From an uncultured Ruminiclostridium sp. (lineage in GTDB: Bacteria; Bacillota; Clostridia; Oscillospirales; Ruminococcaceae), in NCBI GenBank assembly GCA_964389845.1, contig CAYMFX010000002.1:1-45321 (forward strand): 45,321 nucleotides of DNA, written 5' to 3'. Shown here one piece after another: positions 31,095 to 39,685 of the stretch. The first letter of the stretch is position 1. Every line of letters starts with the position of its first letter. Both the position numbers and the translations under genes were made by a program. The notes under the pieces are model-generated. The model did no database searches. It was not told the origin of the DNA and worked only from the letters and a program-made list of their open reading frames with translations.

Positions 31095-31547
31095 AATACT
31101 ATTTATATTTTAAAAGTAGACAAATTGATTTGCTTTTTCACAAGTGCGCAATTATCTGTCTTTCACACCTTACGGTGCAGTTAAACCCGCTCCCCGCGGG
31201 GGGCTTAGGTGGACACCATGGGGAGAGGGGGCAAGTACAAACCCACCAAAGCGGGGACTTTCCCCCTCTCCCCAAGGTTTCCACCTAAGAACCGCTTCCT
31301 TGCCCCTCTCCCCCTTTTCCCCGCTTTGGAAGTAGTGCTTGCTATAATGGTTTTACTCTCGGTTCTATTTTTGCAAAGAGCGGGCTGGTATTGCGTTCGT
31401 TAAAGCTGTGGTACGGACTTGCTTTGTGGCGGCTCCTTATGCGATATAGGCGGTGCAATTAAATGTTAAGATGCTGTCACAACAATGTGCTGCCATTTGA
31501 GTGCTTGTTACAATGTTTTTGTCTTATTTTAATCGATAATTAGTATA
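31095..31547. mobile_element. Putative ~450 bp non-autonomous TIR element (MITE-like) with structured core
   Basis: Left end AATACTATTTATATTTTAAAAGTAGACAAA vs reverse complement of right end TATACTAATTATCGATTAAAATAAGACAAA. Internal GC-rich inverted repeats and no credible ORF. Confidence 0.5.
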
Positions 31548-31582
31548 AAACCTCGCAAAGATACAACTGCCTATCATAAAAC

Positions 31583-31643
31583 AGGGGACGCCCTCTCTTG
31601 CAGGGCGTCCCCTCTTACAAAAACGCCCCACTGGGGAGTTTTG
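31583..31643. repeat. Two REP-like GC hairpins
   Basis: AGGGGACGCCCT-CTCTTGC-AGGGCGTCCCCT and AAAACGCCCCA-C-TGGGGAGTTTT. Confidence 0.6.
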
Positions 31644-31649
31644 GAATTC

Positions 31650-31703
31650 ATACTATTAACCGATTAAAAACCGTTTTTCCAATTTTTAATCGGTTAATAG
31701 TAT
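31650..31703. repeat. Perfect 21 bp inverted repeat (ATACTA...TAGTAT type); may terminate the minus-strand operon
   Basis: ATACTATTAACCGATTAAAAA (31650-31670) / TTTTTAATCGGTTAATAGTAT (31683-31703). Confidence 0.85.
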
Positions 31704-31761
31704 TAATCGGGCTTTCAAGAAAGATGATTATGTTACAACTTTAGTTTTTTACAGCTCCAAA

Positions 31762-33759
31762 TTATATCTGAGAATTTATGCTTTTTGCGGCAGTACCTAT
31801 TCCAAAATTAAACATTGCATTTCCAAGCGCCGACTTAAAATATTTGTTTTTGTCATTGCCCGCAAACATAAAGGGAGCATAAGCGTCGCTGCCCGAAATA
31901 TCAAGCATATAAGGATAGTCGGAAAAATGCTTCAGATAGTCATTGCAGAAATCCATTGCGCCGCTGTGTATAAGGCGAACCGTCTCTGCGTTTCCTTCTT
32001 CGTTTTCCGTAAATACGGGATTCCCGTCAGCGTCAAATTCCTTTAAGGAAGGGCTTTCCGAACCGAGAAGCATTTCAAAAAAGGCGTTATGCCCCTGAAA
32101 AGCGTCGTGATATTCGTAAATATGACGGTTATGGCGCTGAGAATAGCAGTAAGCATACGCTTTCCCGCTTTGTATAAGTCCCTCGGAGGCGTCGGGCTGT
32201 TCGCTGAAGCTGTCGTTTGTTCCTGCAATAACGCCTATTATCTCGGTTTCATAGCCCCATTTTTTGCAGAGTGCGGCAATAGCTGCGCCGCCGCTTCCCG
32301 CCCAGCCCACGTCTACCGTTAAAGCTCTTTTGCTGTCCGACAGCATTTGCGAAAAATACTTCTTTGCCCCTTTTTCACAGCAGGAATAAATTTCTTTTAC
32401 CGACTTTCTGTTGTTTATGATAAATATTCCCAATTCCATATAGTTTTTTTCGTTGATAACAGTATCCTTAAAAGGACAGGAATCGGTTAAACCGACTAAC
32501 CCCATTTGCTCCAAAAGCTTTGATGCGGTAAGATTATTGCCGCATTTATGATAAATAAAGCGTCTAATAAAATCAAAGGTGTTTTCCTCAAAGCACAGCT
32601 TGATTGCCGTAAGCCTTGACCACAGAAAATACTCGGTGTTATCATCGGGATAAAGCTTGTTGTAAACACGTTTAAGTAAATCGCCGTCTCTTGCCAAAAA
32701 CAAGACCTTATCGGCATTCCGCTCGGTAAAGATACGGTGAATGAAATTGCAGTAGCCGAGGACAAAAATCCCGCTGTAAACATAACCGTATTCGTAAAGG
32801 ACAGGGTATGTCTTAACGCCGCTGTGAAGCTTTATGTTTACTGTTCCGGAATATGCGCTTCCGATTATCCTGCTCATTTCATAGGGACGGTAGGGAGCAC
32901 CGCAGCTGTTTACGTTATTGCAGGGAAATGCGGTAAATCCGTTTTCCGTGCTTTTTTCAATATCGCTGTGCAGATTATCGCCCACATGAGCAAGCTTCCC
33001 CTTCGGCATAAGCTCCTTAGCCCTTGCATACAAAAGTCCGTCATTCTTTGAGCAGCCATACTTATTTGATACAAGCAGTTTTTCAAAGCCTTCAAAACCG
33101 TTTTTTATCAAAAGCTTTTCCAAAAAATCGGATTTCAGGTACATATCGGAAATAATAAAAAGCTTTGTTCCGTTTTTCTTCAAAATGTCCCAGACCCTTT
33201 TCATATAAGGATTTCCGCAGCACAACCTCATTTCGGCTTTCAGCTCGGTTTCCTTTGCCGCCCCGTAGTCCGTGCCGATATACGTATTGATGTAATCGTA
33301 AATATCGTCTATGTCAATCTCATAGCTGCCGTTTAAGTTATGCTGCTTCTCACGGGCTTCACGTTCACACTGCTCCCTTATCTCGGCAAAGTTAAGAAGC
33401 CCCGTTTCCGCTCCCACAATATGAAATAAATCGGCAGGCGCAGCAAAGGGACGCTGTATCAGGGTATCGAAAATGTCAAAGGAAACGGCGTCAAAGCCCG
33501 AAAGCTTTTCGGCAAGCTCTTCGGGAGACATTTTATAATAAAGCTTGCTTTCCGGACCGTCACAGCAGGGCTTTCCCTTACGTTTTCCATATCCCGAAAG
33601 CCTTTTATCTCTCAGAATGTGATAGGAAAAATTGAGCCTGAACAGATAAACGGCTCTTTTTAACGGCGAATTTCCCTGAGCCTTATATTTGACATATAAC
33701 CGCCTTATCGGAGGCTCTTTTGCAACCAAAATATCATAAATTTTCTTCTTTAATTTCAA
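31762..33759 (-). CDS. HAD phosphatase + PRTase-like fusion; putative bifunctional ribofuranosyltransferase
   Basis: HAD motifs SFDIFDTL, ISDMY and HVGDNLHSD, then FLARDG and TVDVGWAGS. TTG start after AGGGAG. Confidence 0.7.
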   Translation of the reverse strand: MKLKKKIYDILVAKEPPIRRLYVKYKAQGNSPLKRAVYLFRLNFSYHILRDKRLSGYGKRKGKPCCDGPESKLYYKMSPEELAEKLSGFDAVSFDIFDTLIQRPFAAPADLFHIVGAETGLLNFAEIREQCEREAREKQHNLNGSYEIDIDDIYDYINTYIGTDYGAAKETELKAEMRLCCGNPYMKRVWDILKKNGTKLFIISDMYLKSDFLEKLLIKNGFEGFEKLLVSNKYGCSKNDGLLYARAKELMPKGKLAHVGDNLHSDIEKSTENGFTAFPCNNVNSCGAPYRPYEMSRIIGSAYSGTVNIKLHSGVKTYPVLYEYGYVYSGIFVLGYCNFIHRIFTERNADKVLFLARDGDLLKRVYNKLYPDDNTEYFLWSRLTAIKLCFEENTFDFIRRFIYHKCGNNLTASKLLEQMGLVGLTDSCPFKDTVINEKNYMELGIFIINNRKSVKEIYSCCEKGAKKYFSQMLSDSKRALTVDVGWAGSGGAAIAALCKKWGYETEIIGVIAGTNDSFSEQPDASEGLIQSGKAYAYCYSQRHNRHIYEYHDAFQGHNAFFEMLLGSESPSLKEFDADGNPVFTENEEGNAETVRLIHSGAMDFCNDYLKHFSDYPYMLDISGSDAYAPFMFAGNDKNKYFKSALGNAMFNFGIGTAAKSINSQI

Positions 33760-33762
33760 TTG

Positions 33763-34578
33763 TTATGCTCCCTTATGAGATTTTCTTTTAAAGACAAGGT
33801 TTTTTATGTTAGCCAGCAGCTTTGGCGGTATAAGCCCCACTACAAGCGGCTTTATAAGAAAGATTATTCCAATGGGATAGAGCCTGAGCTTTTTGAAGCC
33901 CTCGGCTTTTACCCGTACTTCCTTGACCTTGTCCGAGTATTTGCGGCGGGAAACGGCGGATTGATTTTCATTAAAGGCATACAGTCTTTCCGAAAGATTT
34001 ATGCCCTTTGCACCCAATGAATACATAGTCATAAAAAGGGCGTATTCCTCACAGCGTGCGGTTTTTTTGGAAACAGGGTACATACCCGCTTTTTCAACAG
34101 AGGTTTTCTTCAATGCGCAAGCCCCGTGCATAAACGGGACGGCAAAAAGAAAGTCTTTTTTCCCCGGTGAATCGGGATAATCACGGTGTCCCCACTCCCC
34201 GCCCTCGTCAAAAAGAATAATATCCGAGGCAACAATATCGCATCGGTTTTTTTTGTATTCGGATATAAGACGCTCAAAACGGCGGGGAAGGGAATAATCG
34301 TCAGCGTCCTGCCTTATGAGCAATTCTCCCCCTGCCTGTTCAATGCAGCGGTTAAGGGAATAAGCGCAGCCCATATTGGCTTCGTTTCTGATATACACTA
34401 TTCTTTCATCGTCAAATGAATCTATAATATCCTTTACATAAGCCTTTGAACAGTCGTCGCATATCACAAATTCAAACTCTTCGTACTCCTGTGAAAGGAC
34501 GGAGCTTATTGCACGGCGCAGCTCGTTTGGCTCAGGATTATACACGGGCATAATTACCGATACGGTAAGGGAATTCAT
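33763..34578 (-). CDS. Glycosyltransferase family 2
   Basis: VSVIMPVYN, ICDDCS, RQDADD. Confidence 0.92.
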   Translation of the reverse strand: MNSLTVSVIMPVYNPEPNELRRAISSVLSQEYEEFEFVICDDCSKAYVKDIIDSFDDERIVYIRNEANMGCAYSLNRCIEQAGGELLIRQDADDYSLPRRFERLISEYKKNRCDIVASDIILFDEGGEWGHRDYPDSPGKKDFLFAVPFMHGACALKKTSVEKAGMYPVSKKTARCEEYALFMTMYSLGAKGINLSERLYAFNENQSAVSRRKYSDKVKEVRVKAEGFKKLRLYPIGIIFLIKPLVVGLIPPKLLANIKNLVFKRKSHKGA

Positions 34579-34591
34579 TATATTATTCCTT

Positions 34592-35815
34592 TCATTTGCG
34601 TTTTATCAGCCACAATATTTCCCACAATCTCAGATTTAATCGGCAAAAGCTCCCTTTTCCGCTTAATACCGCCGTAGCGTAGCCCCAATAAACGGGCTTT
34701 TGGAGATTTCCCTTTTTAAAAAGCTTTTCCATTATCCTTGGAATGAGGTAAAGCCGCTTTGTGTCGCCTGTTTTCTCTGCCAACGGAAAGCTGTACAGCT
34801 CTGAAGGGTCGTCGGAAAATCTCAGATTGCCGTATTCCTCCGCCGTGTCCTTGTCGGGATTGTACATCAGCTTGTCGAGAAGGGGAAATGCAAATTCTTG
34901 ACGTTCCTTGATACCGTATTCTTTTTTTGCAATTACTCCGTTCTTATCGGCATAATCCTCAATAAGCCGCTTTTGCTCAACAATAATCCTATGCTCAAGG
35001 TTTAAGCTTTTTTCTTCCTTTAGCAGGGGTACAATTTTGTTTTCTTCCTTTCCGTAGCCCACAGTCATTCCGTGCGGCGCGCTGCATAAGGCTTCAAAAA
35101 GGTGATTGTTGAATTTGGAGACAAGCAGGGGAGAAGTATTTTTATCAAAAAGGTAGGTGTAAAAATCCCCGTCCTCCCTATTTGCTTCGGAGTACATTCC
35201 GAAGTAAAAGCCTGTCTGTTTTCGCTTTGTCAAAATACGGAGCATACGCTGCATAGAACCCGTCCAGCCGCTGTCAACAACGGCATAGGGGGTATCGGAA
35301 AGCAATCCCTCCTGTTCCAGATAATAAACGGCGTTTTCCTTGACAGACTGTGAAACGGATTTTATATAGTCGTTGTAAACCTTTGATTTTTTCAGCTTGC
35401 CGCAAAATTCCGCTGCGGCGGCTTTCCCCATTTCCGTTTCTTCATTGCCGCTGTAATTAATATCTGAGTAAACTCGATTTCTTTCCTCATCGGACAATGT
35501 CAGCCTGCTCAATATTACCTTTGGAGTAAGGGCAAAGCCGCCCTCTAACAGATAGCGGTACGCCTCCTCCCCCAAATCCGACAATGCGGCTGTTCTGAGC
35601 GACAATCTTGAACAGTAAAGATACCTGAGCTCAATATCAAGATTGTTCTTTTCGGCAATAATTCGGGCGGCGTTATACATTATATATCCGTCCCTCGCCA
35701 AAAAGTACAATCGCCTTATACCCATTTCACCTGCCGATTTCAGAACCCACTTATCAAAATCGGTTATAACGGCGGGCATAACAAATTGTGTCGGTGTGTT
35801 AGTTTTATTTTTCAC
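34592..35815 (-). CDS. Stand-alone PRTase-like domain paralogous to the C-terminal half of 31762-33759
   Basis: YFLARDGY, SRLSL, VVDSGWTGSMQ and FEALCSAPHG. No HAD motifs. GTG start. Confidence 0.65.
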   Translation of the reverse strand: MKNKTNTPTQFVMPAVITDFDKWVLKSAGEMGIRRLYFLARDGYIMYNAARIIAEKNNLDIELRYLYCSRLSLRTAALSDLGEEAYRYLLEGGFALTPKVILSRLTLSDEERNRVYSDINYSGNEETEMGKAAAAEFCGKLKKSKVYNDYIKSVSQSVKENAVYYLEQEGLLSDTPYAVVDSGWTGSMQRMLRILTKRKQTGFYFGMYSEANREDGDFYTYLFDKNTSPLLVSKFNNHLFEALCSAPHGMTVGYGKEENKIVPLLKEEKSLNLEHRIIVEQKRLIEDYADKNGVIAKKEYGIKERQEFAFPLLDKLMYNPDKDTAEEYGNLRFSDDPSELYSFPLAEKTGDTKRLYLIPRIMEKLFKKGNLQKPVYWGYATAVLSGKGSFCRLNLRLWEILWLIKRK

Positions 35816-35833
35816 TTAATGAATTTTCCTTTG

Positions 35834-36916
35834 TCATTTAATGATAAATCCGGCGGGAAGTCTCCATGAGGAATTGGAGTAGTAGAAGGTGACGCTGGTC
35901 ATCAGATATTCATCGCCGTAGTACATACAGGAAGAGCTGCCGCCGTCAAGGTTAGCGGCATTGACTGCGCCGTACTCCGACATTATGTTTATCAAATCGG
36001 AGGCGGAAGCGCCAAGGTGTCCCGACTTTCCTCTGCCGTCTGTTACCAGTAAGAGCAAGGCGCCGTCGGCACGCTGTCCGATTGCGGTTCGAGGATTAAG
36101 TCCGCTTCCCATTCCGTTAAGCTCACGGGATTCTCCGTTTATCACAAGCTGTACAAAGTGATTGTTTGAATCGCTGCTTTCCTCCTGGAAGCAGACGGCG
36201 TCACGAATCTTCATATCGGCTATCAGCTTTTCCGTATCCTCCCTTGTCTTGCCGTCAATATCGATTATTTGAAGGATATTGTCCTCTGTAAGCCCTATAA
36301 GAACCAGTCCCGAAAAGGACTGAGGCTCGTTCATTCGTATTTCTCCGTTTTCCACCAAAACTCCGTAGGGTCTTCCTCCCGTATTGTTGGTGGAATCGTA
36401 AATGCCGCCGTTTATTCCTCCCACAGCGCCGTTTTGTTTTACAAGCTCGTCAAGGGTTATCCCTTTATCCTTCCAAGGGTAGATAGAAGCCACGGAAACC
36501 CTTGACGGGTCTTTTACAATAAGCATAGTGGCAAAAAAGGTCTTTCCGGAAATCTCAACCTTTTCTATATCGGGAGTTTCATTGTTTTCGCCACTGCTGT
36601 CCCCCGAGCTTATTCCCGAATCAATAACGATTTTTGAAGCGTCAACCTCTTCGTTAAAGACGGGCATTGAATTTTCGTCCACAATATGCCGAATCTCATC
36701 GGCGTCTACAAACCAAGAGGCAAGGAATTTAAGCTGTCCCGTTTCCAAAAGGGTTGTGACAAAAACTCTTTTTGCGGAAGGGGATATATCGGAGCAGATC
36801 ATCTTGAGACAAATAAAAAGAGTTAAAGCCAATATTGCGATAAAGGTAAATAGGAAAAGAAAGAACTTCCCAATGCCCTTAAATATTTTTTTAGCAGCAG
36901 AATTTGTATCGTTCAT
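35834..36916 (-). CDS. Phosphodiester glycosidase family (NAGPA/DUF2233) protein, membrane-anchored
   Basis: GINGG, NPRTAIGQ, LVTDGRG and AANLDGGSSS. N-terminal TM helix. Confidence 0.88.
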   Translation of the reverse strand: MNDTNSAAKKIFKGIGKFFLFLFTFIAILALTLFICLKMICSDISPSAKRVFVTTLLETGQLKFLASWFVDADEIRHIVDENSMPVFNEEVDASKIVIDSGISSGDSSGENNETPDIEKVEISGKTFFATMLIVKDPSRVSVASIYPWKDKGITLDELVKQNGAVGGINGGIYDSTNNTGGRPYGVLVENGEIRMNEPQSFSGLVLIGLTEDNILQIIDIDGKTREDTEKLIADMKIRDAVCFQEESSDSNNHFVQLVINGESRELNGMGSGLNPRTAIGQRADGALLLLVTDGRGKSGHLGASASDLINIMSEYGAVNAANLDGGSSSCMYYGDEYLMTSVTFYYSNSSWRLPAGFIIK

Positions 36917-36917
36917 A

Positions 36918-38234
36918 TTAAATAATTTCCTTTATATCCGTTATTATCCATTTTGGAGCGTCAGCAGTACCTATATTTACAAAAAAGAAGGTGCTGTTCA
37001 TAGTGTCGGTAACTAATGTTCCGGTGTTCAGAAGCATATTTTTGTTAAAGAAGACGTCGCAGGAAAAGCAGCTGTCGGTGTATCTGATATAATTGGAGAT
37101 TTTCTCGTCGGCAAATGTGGGATAGCTGTGGGGACTTGTAAATGTGATGTCTATTCCGTTGGCGTATTTCCATGCAACATCGTAAAGGTATGAATTTTCG
37201 TCAAGATAGCTTGCCACAATATTAAATCCGTAGTTTGCGCCGTTAAGGTCTTGCGTTAAAAACAAGCTCCAGTCCTTTGCCGCTCTCGTAGGATCAATAT
37301 TTGCCAAAAGCTCTTCGGGAACGGAATCGGAATAAGAAGGCTGTTCCGTTATTTTAACAACATTCTTGCTTTTGTCAAATTGGGCGGGCTGTCCCATTGG
37401 GTCTGTTATCTCAATTTCCGCTTCATTTTTCAGAACCGCACAGCTGTATGTCAGCAGCTTAGGCATATCGGAGCAGTATTCGGCAACATTGGAGTAATCG
37501 GGATTGTCTGAAGCTTCGGCTGTGTTGGAATCTACCTCATTGCCGCCGATTTTCAGGGTGTAGTTATCAGGTATTGTAACCGTGTACTCGGTAATGTCTA
37601 TCTTGGTGCTTTCTTTGCACTCTAACTCGTTGCCGAAGCCGTCGGATATTACAAGCTTCGGCTTTCCGAAAGCGGAAATATTGTAAAGAAGCTTTTGCGG
37701 GTCCTCAGAGGAAGGAGAGCCTTGAAGAACGTTTCCGTTTAATTTGACCGTTATGGAAGGCGGGAGAGACACCGAAAGATTGAATAGAGCCGCATTTACT
37801 TCCTCGGTTTTCCATTCCGAATAGGTAAACAGCGAAAGCTTTGTTTTCTCCGAAAGACTTTTTAGCTTTATATACAGCAGGGAATCTGCTTCATCGGAAA
37901 CGCTGTATGTGAGGGCAGAGCCGTCGGAGCTGCCCGACATAAGCTTATAGGTCAGCTTATCGCTTGATAATGCGGAAATAAAGCGTTTCTTTTCCTCCTC
38001 CGTTATTTCAAAGCCGCCGTCTTCGCCCTCAAAAGAAACTATACTGTCTAATGTCCCTTTTTTGGCATTGCCGGTTATTTTTTCAAGCTGTCGTTCTATT
38101 TCCTTTTCAGGCTGACTTGCTTCATATTCGCTTAAGACATTAAAAACATAAATTATTGCCGCCGCTGCCAATACGACCAACACAGCCGCAAAAATTATAT
38201 AAACCAATTTGCTTTTTTTCAATTGCTTTTTCAT
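36918..38234 (-). CDS. Membrane-anchored hypothetical protein
   Basis: 438 aa ORF with N-terminal TM helix and a large beta-rich extracellular region. 1 bp gap to the next gene. Confidence 0.75.
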   Translation of the reverse strand: MKKQLKKSKLVYIIFAAVLVVLAAAAIIYVFNVLSEYEASQPEKEIERQLEKITGNAKKGTLDSIVSFEGEDGGFEITEEEKKRFISALSSDKLTYKLMSGSSDGSALTYSVSDEADSLLYIKLKSLSEKTKLSLFTYSEWKTEEVNAALFNLSVSLPPSITVKLNGNVLQGSPSSEDPQKLLYNISAFGKPKLVISDGFGNELECKESTKIDITEYTVTIPDNYTLKIGGNEVDSNTAEASDNPDYSNVAEYCSDMPKLLTYSCAVLKNEAEIEITDPMGQPAQFDKSKNVVKITEQPSYSDSVPEELLANIDPTRAAKDWSLFLTQDLNGANYGFNIVASYLDENSYLYDVAWKYANGIDITFTSPHSYPTFADEKISNYIRYTDSCFSCDVFFNKNMLLNTGTLVTDTMNSTFFFVNIGTADAPKWIITDIKEII

Positions 38235-38272
38235 AAAGAGTCCGCCTTTTTTATTTTTCGGTTAAGCTTTTT

Positions 38273-38437
38273 TAGGGCGTATCTGAAAACTAAGCAATTT
38301 TGTACAATTTCGCTAAATGCGTGGCGATTTCAAGGAAAAAAGCGCAGGAATACTAAAGTATTCCGAGCATTTTTGACGCAGAAAGCGTCCGCAGTTAGTA
38401 GAAATTGTGCAAATTGCGACTTTTCAGATAGCCCCTA
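38273..38437 (+). repeat. ~165 bp ERIC/RPE-like palindromic element at the CapA stop codon
   Basis: Termini TAGGGCGTATCTGAAAA / TTTTCAGATAGCCCCTA, inner arms GCAATTTTGTACAATTTC / GAAATTGTGCAAATTGC, core CAAGGAAAAAAGCGCAGGAATACTAAAGTATTCCGAGCATTTTTGACGCAG. Confidence 0.78.
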
Positions 38438-39646
38438 GTCAGGAAGTACAAGATATTTTTCATTCACCGAATTTTTTAACACTTCGATAATATAATCATA
38501 GCTGAAGCTGCCGTATTGCCGCACCCCGTGTGCGGAAGCAAGCTCAGGAGTGTAATCCGATAGCTTGTAAAGTCTTAAATTGGAATACCCGCTGTCATAA
38601 TGAGTGACTATGGGAGTAAGCTTTACATCGGTTATTTTCACAGGCTTGTCCCTTTCCGTAAAGGTTACGTCAAAGGCAAGGATACCGCTTACAAGGTTAG
38701 CTCCCACATTCTGAGCCGAAATAAAGTTTCCGAGGGAATATGCGCAAAGAGTTTCTCCCCGTTTTGTCTTTATCATCTCTATATCTCTCAGCACATGAGG
38801 GTGGTTGCCTATAATAACGTCTGCTCCCGCCTCCGCTAAGGTCTTGGCATAATCGCGCTGCCAATCCTCGATTCTTCCCGAGCCTTCTACGCCCCAATGC
38901 AAAGCCACAACACATATGTCGGAAATTTTCTTTGCCGCCTTAACATCGGCAATCATTCCCTCAAGGTTGTTGACGTCTCCTATTATCTTTTCCGAATCGG
39001 AAGGAAGTCTCAGTCCGTTAAGGCTTTCGGTGTAAGAAAGAAACGAAAAGCTTACGCCGCCGAACTCGCCCGTCCGTATTTTGTCTTTATCGGCTTGGTT
39101 CTTATAAACTCCGGCAGTCAATATGCTTTTTCCGTCCCAATAGTCAAAGGAATAAGACAGCCCCTCCTCGCCATAGTCAAGACAGTGGTTGTTTGCAAGA
39201 GTGAATACGTCAAAGCCTATGTCTATCATATGGTCGCCCAATGCCGTTGGAGTGTTAAACATGGGGTAATTTGAAGGCTCGTACATATCGTTGCAGATAA
39301 GGGTCTCCTGATTGATTACCGCAAGGTCGGCTGATTCTATCATATCCTCCACATTGGCGTAAGCGTCAGTAAAATCATAGCCGCCCTCTTTTCTCGCCTG
39401 CCTATAAATCGGGGAATGTATCAGGTTATCGCCCACGGCGCACACTGTTACTGTTTTAGGTTCAATAACCGGCTCAGGCGGCAGGGTAACCTCTTCGGTA
39501 ACAGCTTCTGTTGCCTCGGTTACGCTTGCCGTTGTAACAACACTCGTATCAGATGTGGATTCAGACGTGGCAGCAGGGTTGTCCAATGAGGTGCAGCCGG
39601 TAAGAAACAATATTAAAAGTACAAGAGCTTTGCTTTTTATTTTCAT
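38435..39646 (-). CDS. CapA (PGA_cap) family metallophosphoesterase lipoprotein
   Basis: Lipobox LTGC, VGDNLIH, NQET, LANNHCLDYG, LHWG, GNHPHV and YSLGNF. Confidence 0.9.
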   Translation of the reverse strand: MKIKSKALVLLILFLTGCTSLDNPAATSESTSDTSVVTTASVTEATEAVTEEVTLPPEPVIEPKTVTVCAVGDNLIHSPIYRQARKEGGYDFTDAYANVEDMIESADLAVINQETLICNDMYEPSNYPMFNTPTALGDHMIDIGFDVFTLANNHCLDYGEEGLSYSFDYWDGKSILTAGVYKNQADKDKIRTGEFGGVSFSFLSYTESLNGLRLPSDSEKIIGDVNNLEGMIADVKAAKKISDICVVALHWGVEGSGRIEDWQRDYAKTLAEAGADVIIGNHPHVLRDIEMIKTKRGETLCAYSLGNFISAQNVGANLVSGILAFDVTFTERDKPVKITDVKLTPIVTHYDSGYSNLRLYKLSDYTPELASAHGVRQYGSFSYDYIIEVLKNSVNEKYLVLPD

Positions 39647-39685
39647 CAGTCAATACCGCCTTTATTATGTAATCTATATGTAATT

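Noticed and set aside
31144-31403. Short ORFs in the GC-rich region; GGGGAAAGTCC on the minus strand suggesting RNase P RNA
   Set aside because: The ORFs lack an RBS and are low-complexity products of the palindromes. Other RNase P conserved regions, and tmRNA/SRP/6S hallmarks, were not found.
38435-39646. Poly-gamma-glutamate capsule locus
   Set aside because: No capB/capC nearby. Lone CapA-domain proteins are widespread.
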